DNA of 64,000 bases from an uncultured Gemmatimonadaceae bacterium. Lineage in GTDB: Bacteria; Gemmatimonadota; Gemmatimonadetes; Gemmatimonadales; Gemmatimonadaceae. A program made the position numbers and the translations under genes. Under the pieces are notes generated by a model that did not search any database, was not told the DNA's origin, and was given only the letters and a program-made list of their open reading frames with translations. Below are positions 21,360 through 29,735 of the stretch, in pieces (position 1 is the stretch's first letter; each line of letters starts with the position of its first letter). Location: positions 1,440,001 through 1,504,000 of the forward strand of contig CAWJMB010000002.1 of the NCBI GenBank assembly GCA_963843845.1, read 5' to 3'.

Positions 21360-22183
21360 TGCTCTGGCGCGTGGCGGTGATCGTCGGAGTCGTGGTCGGG
21401 ACCCGAGTCCCGGCCGTCGCCCCCGTCCCCGCCGTCGTTCCCCGCAAGTTCTCCCTCCGTATCCGACCGCACGTCGGCGACACGCTGCGGATGCGTTTCG
21501 ACCAGACGATCAAGGCGGCCGGGCCAGCGGCCGATGTCGAGCGCGCGCCGTCGCGCACGTCGGGAATGCGCGTCCACTCGCGCTCGGTCGTCGAGCGGGC
21601 CGACTCGGGCGGGACGATCGTGCTGTCGACGACCGACTCGGTCGCGTTCGACGAGCCGGGCGCCGACCCGCGGCAGGTCGCGTCGGCGCGGCAGGCGATG
21701 CGCGGACGGTGGGTACGGCTCCGCGTCTCGCCCAACGGCGCGATGCAACTCCTCGGCGCCCAGACCCGCGGGCAGGCGGAGCAGGCGCTCTCGCAACTTC
21801 CCGGCACACTTCCCGAAACGCCCGTCGCCGTCGGCGCGACGTGGACGCGGGAGATGACGTTGCCGTCGATCGGTGTCGCGGCGCTGAACCAGGGCGGGCG
21901 CCTGCAAGTCGTCTTTCGCTTCGACTCGGTCGCGCGCGAGGTGGCGTTCGTCTCGATGCACGGCGCGCTCGCCCGGGGCACGATCGCACAGGGGGGCGCG
22001 CGCGTCGCGACGACGGGCACGATGAGCGGACAGCTGCAAGTCGACCTGCGCCGCGGCTGGATGACCAGCTCGCGCGCCGACTTCACGATGCTCTCGACGA
22101 TGATGCCGGCCGCGTCCAACCCCGTCGGCACGCCGATGCAGCTCAGAGTCGCGATCTCGCAACGACTGCATTGTGCCGATTGA
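21359..22183 (+). CDS. Hypothetical exported beta-rich protein
   Basis: TGATG coupling to herA; hydrophobic N-terminus MLWRVAVIVGVVVG; LPETPVAVGATWTR and GQLQVDLRRGW recall DUF6263-like proteins. Confidence 0.65.
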   Translation: MLWRVAVIVGVVVGTRVPAVAPVPAVVPRKFSLRIRPHVGDTLRMRFDQTIKAAGPAADVERAPSRTSGMRVHSRSVVERADSGGTIVLSTTDSVAFDEPGADPRQVASARQAMRGRWVRLRVSPNGAMQLLGAQTRGQAEQALSQLPGTLPETPVAVGATWTREMTLPSIGVAALNQGGRLQVVFRFDSVAREVAFVSMHGALARGTIAQGGARVATTGTMSGQLQVDLRRGWMTSSRADFTMLSTMMPAASNPVGTPMQLRVAISQRLHCAD

Positions 22184-22240
22184 GCACCGGCGTCGCGCGT
22201 CCGGCGCGCCGGGCCTGCCGTAGAGGTATCTTGCCCGAGC

Positions 22241-23437
22241 ATGCGGCTCGTTCACCTCTCCGATCTCCACCTCGGCTTCCGCCAGTACCAGCGCCTCACG
22301 CCTGCCGGCATCAACCAGCGTGAGGCGGACGTGGCGTCGTCGTTCCGCCGGGCGATCGACCGCGTCATCGAGCTGCGCCCCGACATCGTCGTCATCGGCG
22401 GCGACGTCTTCCACACGGTGCGCCCGTCGAACCCGGCGATCCTCGCCGCGTTCCAGCAGTTCAGCCGGCTGACGCAGTCGCTGCCGTCGGCGGTCGTCGT
22501 CATGATCGCCGGGAACCACGACGCGCCGCGCACGCTCGAGACCGGGTGCATTCTCCGCCTCTTTCGCGAGACCGGCATCACGGTCGTCGACTCCGCGCCG
22601 GAACGCCTCGCGTTCCCCGAACTCGACCTCGCGGTGCTCGCGGTGCCCGACACGCCGGGGATGGTCCGCCCGAAGCTCGATCCCGACCCCGCGCGACGGT
22701 ACAACGTGCTGCTGCTGCACGGCGAGATCGCCGGCGTGCTCGCGAAAGAGGCGCAGCCGCTCGACCGCGCGCCCGTCGAGATCACGCGCGACGAGCTCGG
22801 TGCGTCGCGCTTCGACTACGTCGCGTTGGGCCACTACCATGTCTATCACGAGGTCGAGCCGAACGCGTTCTACTCGGGGTCGATCGACTACACGAGCAGC
22901 AACGCGTGGGACGAGCTGCGCGAGGAGGCGCGGCGCAAGGTGCCGAGCAAGGGGATCATCGAGCACGATCTCGCGACCGGCGCGCACCGCTTCCACCCGC
23001 TCCCCGTCGCGCGTCCGCTGCTCGACCTGCCGACCGTCCAGGGCTCGGGACTGAGCGCGGCCGAGCTGAACGCTGCGATCCGCACGGCGGTGGACGGCGC
23101 GTCGGGCGGGATCGACGACAAGATCGTGCGCCTCGTCGTGCGCGACGTCCCGCGCCACGTCGCGCGCGAGCTCGATCACAAGGCGCTGCGCGAGTACAAG
23201 CGGCGGGCGACGCACTTCCATCTCGATACGCGACGCCCGGAGATTCTCCGCGTCGCGCGGAGCGGCTCACCGGCACGCCGTCCGTCGCTCGCCGACACGG
23301 TGCGCGAGAAGCTGAGCACGCGGCTGCTGCCGTCGGACATCGATCGCGACGCGCTCGTCGCGTTGGGCCTCCACTATCTCGAGCTAGCCGACGCCGTCGT
23401 CGCTGCGCAGGGCGCCGAGTCGCTGGAGAGCGCGTGA
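22241..23437 (+). CDS. sbcD: Mre11/SbcD nuclease
   Basis: HLSDLHLG, GGDVF, AGNHD, LHGE, ALGHYH, YSGS. Confidence 0.93.
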   Translation: MRLVHLSDLHLGFRQYQRLTPAGINQREADVASSFRRAIDRVIELRPDIVVIGGDVFHTVRPSNPAILAAFQQFSRLTQSLPSAVVVMIAGNHDAPRTLETGCILRLFRETGITVVDSAPERLAFPELDLAVLAVPDTPGMVRPKLDPDPARRYNVLLLHGEIAGVLAKEAQPLDRAPVEITRDELGASRFDYVALGHYHVYHEVEPNAFYSGSIDYTSSNAWDELREEARRKVPSKGIIEHDLATGAHRFHPLPVARPLLDLPTVQGSGLSAAELNAAIRTAVDGASGGIDDKIVRLVVRDVPRHVARELDHKALREYKRRATHFHLDTRRPEILRVARSGSPARRPSLADTVREKLSTRLLPSDIDRDALVALGLHYLELADAVVAAQGAESLESA

Positions 23438-25899
23438 GACTCGTCAGCCTCCGCCTCACGAACTTCCGGCAGCACGCCGACTCCTTCGTGACGTTCGACG
23501 ACGGGCTCACCGGCATCATCGGCGCGAACGGTTCGGGAAAGACGACGATCCTGGAAGGGATCGCGTGGGCGCTCTACGGCAACGCGGCCGCGCGCGGCAC
23601 GCGTGACTCCATCCGCTACAACCGCGCGGCGCCGCGGTCGAGCGTGCGCGTCGAGCTCGAGTTCGACCTCGCGACGCACCGCTACCGCGTCGTGCGCGGG
23701 CTCACGAGCGCCGAGGTGTATCTCGACGCAGCGGCGGAGCCGATCGCGAACTCGATCACCGCCGTCAGCGACCTCATGCAGCGGCGACTCGGCATGACGC
23801 GCGCCGAGTTCTTCAACACGTACTTCACGGGACAGAAGGAGCTGAACGTGATGGCGGCGATGGGGCCGTCCGATCGCGCGCAGTTCCTCTCGCGTGTCCT
23901 CGGCTACGAGAAGCTGCGCGCGGCGCAGACGCTCGTGCGCGACCGTCGTCGGCTCGTCGTCGCGGAGGTCGCGGGGCTGCAGAGCGGCATGCCCGACGCC
24001 GACGCCGTCTGGCGCCAGATCTCCGACGCGGAGGCGCGTCTCGCGGCGGCGCGCGCGCGCGTCGAAGAGAGCGAGGCGCGGCGCGACGCGGCGTCGGCGA
24101 AGCTGTCCGAGCTCGCGCCGCTGTGGACGACCGCGCAGACCGAGCGTGAGCGGCTGCAAGAGCTGCTGGGCGAGGTCCGGGTCGCCGAGGGAGAGGAGCA
24201 GGCGCAGCTTCGCGATCTCGAGCGCGCGAATCGCGCCCTCGCCGAAGTCGCCGTCGCGCGAGCGGATGTCGAGCGGCTGACGCGCGTGCTCGAGCCGTTG
24301 GGGGCGCTGCGCGACGAGCTGCGCGTGCTGGACACGCTCGCCTCCGCCGAGGGGCGCCGGGCCGCGCTCGCCGACAGCGAGCGCGCACTCGTCGAGGACG
24401 TCGCGCGCCTCACCGAACGACACGCGAAACTCGCCGCGGCGCCGGCGCTCGAGCGGGAGACGCAGGCGCAGATCGACCTGCGCCGCGGCGAGGTCGAGGT
24501 CGTCACGGCGGAGTACGAGAGCCGGCGCGACGCGTGGCTGAACGACCGGCAGGAGGCGAAGACGCGTCTCGAGTCGGCGCGCCTGCAGTTCGCCGACGTG
24601 CAGGGACAGCGCGAGAGCGTCGTCTCGCTCGGCGAGAGCAGCCCGTGCCCCACCTGCACGCGGCCGCTGGGCGACAACTTCGCCACCGTCGTCGACGCCC
24701 TCGACAGCCAGCTCGACACGCTGCGGACCGACGGCAGCTACTACCGCCAGCGGGCGAAGCAGCTCGAGACCGAGCCCGACGACGTTCGCGCCCTCGGCGA
24801 GCGCCGACGCGCGATCGTGGGCGAGGTGTCGTCGCTCGAGCGCCGGCTCCAACGGTGCCAGACGGCGGTGGACGACCTCGTGACCGTCGAGCGCGATCTC
24901 GCACTGCGTACGGAGCGGCTCGATGGCGTGCGCGCCGACCTCGCGAAGCTCCCGCGCGGCTACGATCCCGCGCGCCACGCGGCGGTCCGCGCCGACGTCG
25001 ACGCGCTCGTGCCCCGCGAGACGGAGCGACTGCGCGCCGAGTCGTCGCTCGCGCGCGAGCCGCAAGCCGCCGACGAGCGCGCGCGCGCCGAGTCCGCGTT
25101 GAGGAGCGTGCGGGCGCGGCTCACGACCCTTCGCGATCGCCGCTCGCAGCTCGTCTTCTCGGAAGAGGACTTCACGACGCTCCGCGTGGCGTACGAGCGG
25201 ACCGCGGCCGACACGCGCGCCGCCGAGCTGGCGGCCGTCCAGGCGGCGGGAGACGCGACCGCCGCGCGCACCGCGCTCGACGCCGCGGAGCGCGTGCGCG
25301 TCGACCTCGCGCGCATGCAGGACCGGCTCGGTCAGCTGCAGCGCGAGAAGCGGCTCCACGACGAGCTGGATCGCGCGTACTCGGACCTGCGGACGGACCT
25401 GAACTTCCAGCTGCGACCCGAGCTCTCCGAGATCGCGAGCGCGTTCCTCGACGAGCTGACCGACTCGCGCTACACGGAGCTCGATCTCGACGAGCAGTAC
25501 AACGTCGTCGTGATGGAAGAGGGCATCCCCAAGCCGGTCATCTCTGGCGGCGAGGAGGATCTCGCGAACCTCGTGCTGCGGCTCGCGATCTCGCAGATGA
25601 TCGCCGACCGGGCGGGCCAACGCTTCTCGCTCCTCATTCTCGATGAGATCTTCGGCTCGCTCGACGAGTCGCGCCGCGCGAACGTGCTCGACCTGCTGCG
25701 GCGGCTCAACGACCGCTTCGAGCAGGTCATTCTCATCACGCACATCGAGGACGTGCGCGAGGGGCTCGACCGCGTGATCCACGTCCGCTTCGATGAGGAG
25801 CGCGCCGCGTCGGTCGTCGAGGTCGGCGACGACGGCGACGACGACCAGGGCGCGTCGCTCCTGGGGTCCGACGTCCTCGCCGAATCGGAGGCTGCCTGA
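23434..25899 (+). CDS. sbcC: Rad50/SbcC SMC-like ATPase
   Basis: GTGA overlap; LTNFRQH, GANGSGKTT, Q-loop TGQ, central zinc hook CPTC, signature ISGGE, LILDEIFGSLD, ITH. Confidence 0.94.
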   Translation: MRLVSLRLTNFRQHADSFVTFDDGLTGIIGANGSGKTTILEGIAWALYGNAAARGTRDSIRYNRAAPRSSVRVELEFDLATHRYRVVRGLTSAEVYLDAAAEPIANSITAVSDLMQRRLGMTRAEFFNTYFTGQKELNVMAAMGPSDRAQFLSRVLGYEKLRAAQTLVRDRRRLVVAEVAGLQSGMPDADAVWRQISDAEARLAAARARVEESEARRDAASAKLSELAPLWTTAQTERERLQELLGEVRVAEGEEQAQLRDLERANRALAEVAVARADVERLTRVLEPLGALRDELRVLDTLASAEGRRAALADSERALVEDVARLTERHAKLAAAPALERETQAQIDLRRGEVEVVTAEYESRRDAWLNDRQEAKTRLESARLQFADVQGQRESVVSLGESSPCPTCTRPLGDNFATVVDALDSQLDTLRTDGSYYRQRAKQLETEPDDVRALGERRRAIVGEVSSLERRLQRCQTAVDDLVTVERDLALRTERLDGVRADLAKLPRGYDPARHAAVRADVDALVPRETERLRAESSLAREPQAADERARAESALRSVRARLTTLRDRRSQLVFSEEDFTTLRVAYERTAADTRAAELAAVQAAGDATAARTALDAAERVRVDLARMQDRLGQLQREKRLHDELDRAYSDLRTDLNFQLRPELSEIASAFLDELTDSRYTELDLDEQYNVVVMEEGIPKPVISGGEEDLANLVLRLAISQMIADRAGQRFSLLILDEIFGSLDESRRANVLDLLRRLNDRFEQVILITHIEDVREGLDRVIHVRFDEERAASVVEVGDDGDDDQGASLLGSDVLAESEAA

Positions 25900-25900
25900 C

Positions 25901-26878
25901 ATGGCGGGTGTGCGACCCTGGCGGGGCACGCGCGTCGTCGACGGCCCGCATCCGATCCGCGCCGACGACATCGCGGCGCTGAACGACGTGTTCAGCGACG
26001 CGTTCACCGAACGCTACCGGCGCGACGGGATGGTGGGCGTGCGCGTCCCCGCGCTCAACCCCGCGGTGTGGCGCTACGCGATCGACGATGCGTCGAGCGG
26101 CGCGATGCTCTGGCGCGGCGACCGCGGCGAGATCGCGGCGTTCAACGTCGCGCACCTCTCCGGCGCCGAAGGGTGGATGGGCCCGCTCGCCGTGCGCCCC
26201 GATGCGCAGGGCAGCGGGCTCGGCAAGGACGTCGTGCGCGCGGGGATCGAGTGGCTGCGCGAGCACGGCGCGCGCACGATCGGCCTCGAGACGATGCCGC
26301 GCACGATGGACAACATCGGCTTCTACTCGGCGCTCGGCTTCGTGCCGGGACGGCTCACGATCACGCTCACCGTCGACGCGATGGTCGGCGATCGGCCGCT
26401 GTCGCTCCTCGGCCGACTGGGGACGCGCGATCGCGAGCGCGCGGTGATCGAGTGCGCCGCCCTCACCGACGAGCTGCTGCCGGGGTGGGACTTCACGCGC
26501 GAGCTCGAGCTGACGGAGCGGCTCGCCCTCGGCGACACCGTGCTGCTGCGCGACGCGCAGGGTGAGCTGACCGGCTTCGCGCTCTGCCACTCGGTGCCGC
26601 TCGTCGAGGGGCGGTCGCGCGAGGAGCTGCGCGTGCTGAAGCTCGTGCTGCGCTCGATCGACGACGCGGCGCCGCTCGTACGTCTGATCGCCGACTTCGC
26701 GCGGCGCACCGGGGCGCGCCGCGCAGCGGTGCGCGTGCAGGGCGAATACGACGCGTTCTACGCGGCGCTCGTCGCGCTGCGGGCGCGCGTGCGGTGGACC
26801 GACTTGCGGATGACCTACGCCGGGTTCGCGGAGCCGGCGGCGCGGAGCGGGGTCGTGCTCTCGAACTGGGAGATCTGA
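25901..26878 (+). CDS. GNAT-family N-acetyltransferase (probably tandem GNAT fold)
   Basis: LAVRPDAQGSGLGK acetyl-CoA motif, NIGFYSALGF; starts 1 nt after the sbcC stop. Confidence 0.85.
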   Translation: MAGVRPWRGTRVVDGPHPIRADDIAALNDVFSDAFTERYRRDGMVGVRVPALNPAVWRYAIDDASSGAMLWRGDRGEIAAFNVAHLSGAEGWMGPLAVRPDAQGSGLGKDVVRAGIEWLREHGARTIGLETMPRTMDNIGFYSALGFVPGRLTITLTVDAMVGDRPLSLLGRLGTRDRERAVIECAALTDELLPGWDFTRELELTERLALGDTVLLRDAQGELTGFALCHSVPLVEGRSREELRVLKLVLRSIDDAAPLVRLIADFARRTGARRAAVRVQGEYDAFYAALVALRARVRWTDLRMTYAGFAEPAARSGVVLSNWEI

Positions 26879-26882
26879 CGCG

Positions 26883-27038
26883 TCAGCGCCGCGTGGTCCC
26901 GCGCATCACGATCCGCCAGATCAGCAGAAACACGCCGATCGTCAGGAGAAAGTGGATCCACCCCGGCGCCGCGAACGCGAACGTCGCGACGCCCCACAGC
27001 ACGAGCAGCGCGATCGCGCCGACGATCCAGAGATCCAT
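26883..27038 (-). CDS. Small membrane protein (DUF5670/lmo0937-like)
   Basis: 51 aa, two hydrophobic helices around GWIHFLL. Confidence 0.7.
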   Translation of the reverse strand: MDLWIVGAIALLVLWGVATFAFAAPGWIHFLLTIGVFLLIWRIVMRGTTRR

Positions 27039-27140
27039 GAGAGCGGTACCGGGACGGAACGAAGGAGCGTGTGAGCGCGTTGTTCGACTGGGCGGGCGCC
27101 GGTAATCTACACGCTCGCCGCCCGCGCCAGCCCACACACC

Positions 27141-27554
27141 ATGCCTAACGTCATCGTCACGCGCCGACTCCGCTTCAACGCCGCGCATCGCGTACACAAC
27201 CCGGAGCTGTCGGACACCGAGAACGAGCGGCTGTTCGGGAAGTGCAACAATCCGAACTGGCACGGCCACAACTACACGCTCGAGGTGTCCGTCGCCGGCG
27301 AGATCGAACCGAGAACCGGGTACGTGATGGACCTCGGCGCCCTGCGCGACGCGGTCGAGCGCGAAGTCGTGTCGCACATCGACCATCGCAACTTCAATCT
27401 CGACGTCGACTTCATGCGCGGGATCATCCCGACGTCCGAGAACATCGTGGTGCAGTGCTGGCGGCGCATCGAGCCGCTCGTCGCGCCGGCCACGCTCGTG
27501 CGGCTGCGCCTGTGGGAGACCGAGAACAACTATGTCGAATACGAAGGGAAGTGA
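27141..27554 (+). CDS. 6-pyruvoyl-tetrahydropterin synthase family, CX5HGH (PTPS-II, animal-like) type
   Basis: [43 protein letters not shown]. Confidence 0.92.
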   Translation: MPNVIVTRRLRFNAAHRVHNPELSDTENERLFGKCNNPNWHGHNYTLEVSVAGEIEPRTGYVMDLGALRDAVEREVVSHIDHRNFNLDVDFMRGIIPTSENIVVQCWRRIEPLVAPATLVRLRLWETENNYVEYEGK

Positions 27555-27555
27555 C

Positions 27556-28200
27556 GTGCGCCGCGTGAACGGCGGTGGCGACGGGGCGGTCGCGCTGTAC
27601 GAGGGCGACCTCGTGGCCGACCCGCGCGCCTGCGACGACATGGCGTCGCTCGTTCGACGCCAGCTCTCGCTGCTCGGCGAGGATGCGGAGCGCGACGGGC
27701 TGCTGAAGACGCCGGAGCGCGTCGCGCGCTCGCTCGCCTGGCTGACGCGCGGCTATGCGCTCACCGCCCGCGACGTCATCGGCGACGCGCTGTTCGACGT
27801 CGACAGCGAGAACATGGTGCTCGTGCGGGACATCGAGCTCTACTCGCTCTGCGAGCACCACATGTTGCCGTTCTTCGGCAAGGTGCACATCGCGTACGTC
27901 CCGAACGGCAAGGTCGTCGGGCTGTCGAAGCTCGCCCGCGTCGTCGACGTGTTCGCGCGGCGGCTGCAGGTGCAGGAGCGTCTCACCGAGCAGATCGCGT
28001 CGGCACTCGAAGACGCCCTCAAGCCGCGCGGCGTCGGCGTGGTCGTCGAGGCGGCGCACCTCTGCATGATGATGCGCGGCGTGGAGAAGCAGAACTCGCA
28101 GACCATCACGAGCGCGCTGCGCGGCGCGTTCCGCGACGACGCACGCACGCGCGACGAGTTCCTGCGTCTCGCGCACAACGGCACCGGCTCCCGCCGTTGA
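27556..28200 (+). CDS. folE: GTP cyclohydrolase I
   Basis: [42 protein letters not shown] 27556 follows AAGGGA. Confidence 0.97.
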   Translation: MRRVNGGGDGAVALYEGDLVADPRACDDMASLVRRQLSLLGEDAERDGLLKTPERVARSLAWLTRGYALTARDVIGDALFDVDSENMVLVRDIELYSLCEHHMLPFFGKVHIAYVPNGKVVGLSKLARVVDVFARRLQVQERLTEQIASALEDALKPRGVGVVVEAAHLCMMMRGVEKQNSQTITSALRGAFRDDARTRDEFLRLAHNGTGSRR

Positions 28201-28234
28201 CGGCGCGCGCCCGGCGCCCGCACGAGGAGACGCG

Positions 28235-28999
28235 ATGACGACGCCGAACGCGCTGCACGCGTCGCGCGCGCTGCACGCGCTGCACGGCCGGACCGCGCTC
28301 GTCACCGGCGCGTCGCGCGGCATCGGACGGGCGATCGCCGCCGCGTGCGCGGCGAGCGGGATGCGACTGGCGCTCGTCGCGCGCTCGGACGCGCGGCTCG
28401 CCGTCCTCGCCGACGAGCTGAGCCGCGCGCACGGCGCGTCGGCGATCGTGCTCCCGGCCGACGTGCGCGACGGCGCCCAGGTCGACGCGATGGCGGGGCG
28501 CGTGCGCGACGCGTTCGGCGGCGCGCCCGACGTCGTCGTGAACGCCGCCGGCGTGTTCGGCCTCGCGTCGATCGAATCGGTCGACCCCGACGACTTCGCG
28601 CGCACCATCGACACGAACCTCGTCGCCCCGTTCCGCGTCGCGCGCGCCTTCGTCGGCGCGATGCGGGCGCGAGGCAGCGGCCACGTCGTGACGATCGGCT
28701 CCGTCGCCGACCACGTCGCGTTCCCCGACAACGGGGCCTATGCCGCGAGCAAGTTCGGCGTGCGCGGCCTGCACGACGTGCTGCGCGCGGAGCTGCGCGG
28801 CAGCGGCGTGCGCGCGACGCTCGTCTCGCCGGGACCGACCGACACGCCGCTCTGGGACCCGATCGGTCCGGACGAGCTGCCGGGGTTCACGCCCCGCGCC
28901 CGCATGCTTCGCGCCGACGACGTCGCCGCGGCGGTCCTCTACGCGATCGCCGCGCCGCCACACGTCAACGTCGACGTGGTCCGCCTGACGCCGGCCTGA
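28235..28999 (+). CDS. Short-chain dehydrogenase/reductase, candidate sepiapterin-reductase equivalent
   Basis: TGASRGIG, NAAG, YAASK; the specific function is inferred from context only. Confidence 0.85.
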   Translation: MTTPNALHASRALHALHGRTALVTGASRGIGRAIAAACAASGMRLALVARSDARLAVLADELSRAHGASAIVLPADVRDGAQVDAMAGRVRDAFGGAPDVVVNAAGVFGLASIESVDPDDFARTIDTNLVAPFRVARAFVGAMRARGSGHVVTIGSVADHVAFPDNGAYAASKFGVRGLHDVLRAELRGSGVRATLVSPGPTDTPLWDPIGPDELPGFTPRARMLRADDVAAAVLYAIAAPPHVNVDVVRLTPA

Positions 29000-29035
29000 C
29001 GCCGGCCTGACGTCGTGACGCCGGCCGCCTGACGC
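28983..29035. repeat. Tandem 11-mer GCCTGACGCCG, about 3 copies plus degenerate copies
   Basis: Direct reading; spans the SDR stop. Confidence 0.8.
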
Positions 29036-29063
29036 TCGCCGACCGACCACCGGACAGCCGCGC

Positions 29064-29708
29064 GTGTTCGTCGAGCTGATCGACCTGCTTCGCTGCGTGC
29101 GACCGCACGAGGACTCGTGGCTCGTGGCGGCGGCGACGCGTACCGTCGACCGCCACATCGTCGACGGCGCCCTCGGCTGCCCGATCTGCGCCGCGGAGTA
29201 CGCGATCCGCGACGGCGTCGTCGAGTTCGGCGCGTCGACCGCCCCACCGCACGCGCGGCCGCGTCACGCCGACGACGTCGTCCGGCTCGCCGCGCTCCTC
29301 GGGCTCTCGACGCCCGGCGGGACGATCGCGCTGGGCGGCGCCTGGCAGCCGCTCGCCGCGCCGCTCGCCGCGCTCACCTCGGTGCGCGTCCTGCTCGTCG
29401 ATCCGCCGCTCGCTGAGCCGTTGCGCGCAGACGTCTCGGCGGTGCGTGGCGGCGACACGCTGCCGATCGCCGCATCGAGCGTGCGCGGCGTCGCGCTCGA
29501 CGCGAGCACGGCGAGTGCGGAGCGGCTCGCGTCCGCCGTGAGTGCCCTCGTGCCCGACGGGCGTCTCGTCGCCCCGGCGAGCGTCGCGCTTCCGGATGGC
29601 GTCGTCGAGCTCGCGCGTGATGCGGACGAGTGGGTCGCGAAACGAACGGCGGGACCGGCCGCGTCGCGACCGATCCCGCTGCGTCGCGCCGAACCGCGCG
29701 AGCGGTAG
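29064..29708 (+). CDS. Trm112-like N-terminal domain fused to a degenerate methyltransferase-like domain
   Basis: LIDLLRC...GALGCPICAAEYAIRDGV; LPIAASSVRGV and ALVPDGRL resemble late class I MTase motifs. Confidence 0.55.
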   Translation: MFVELIDLLRCVRPHEDSWLVAAATRTVDRHIVDGALGCPICAAEYAIRDGVVEFGASTAPPHARPRHADDVVRLAALLGLSTPGGTIALGGAWQPLAAPLAALTSVRVLLVDPPLAEPLRADVSAVRGGDTLPIAASSVRGVALDASTASAERLASAVSALVPDGRLVAPASVALPDGVVELARDADEWVAKRTAGPAASRPIPLRRAEPRER

Positions 29709-29735
29709 GGTCTCGGCGCCCCGCCGAGCGGCGCG

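Noticed and set aside
19356..25899. HerA or SMC as an anti-phage system (Sir2-HerA, Wadjet, Lamassu)
   Set aside because: Partners are NurA and Mre11, the SMC has a Rad50 zinc hook, there is no Sir2/kleisin/effector, and composition and context are core-like. A defence role cannot be fully excluded.
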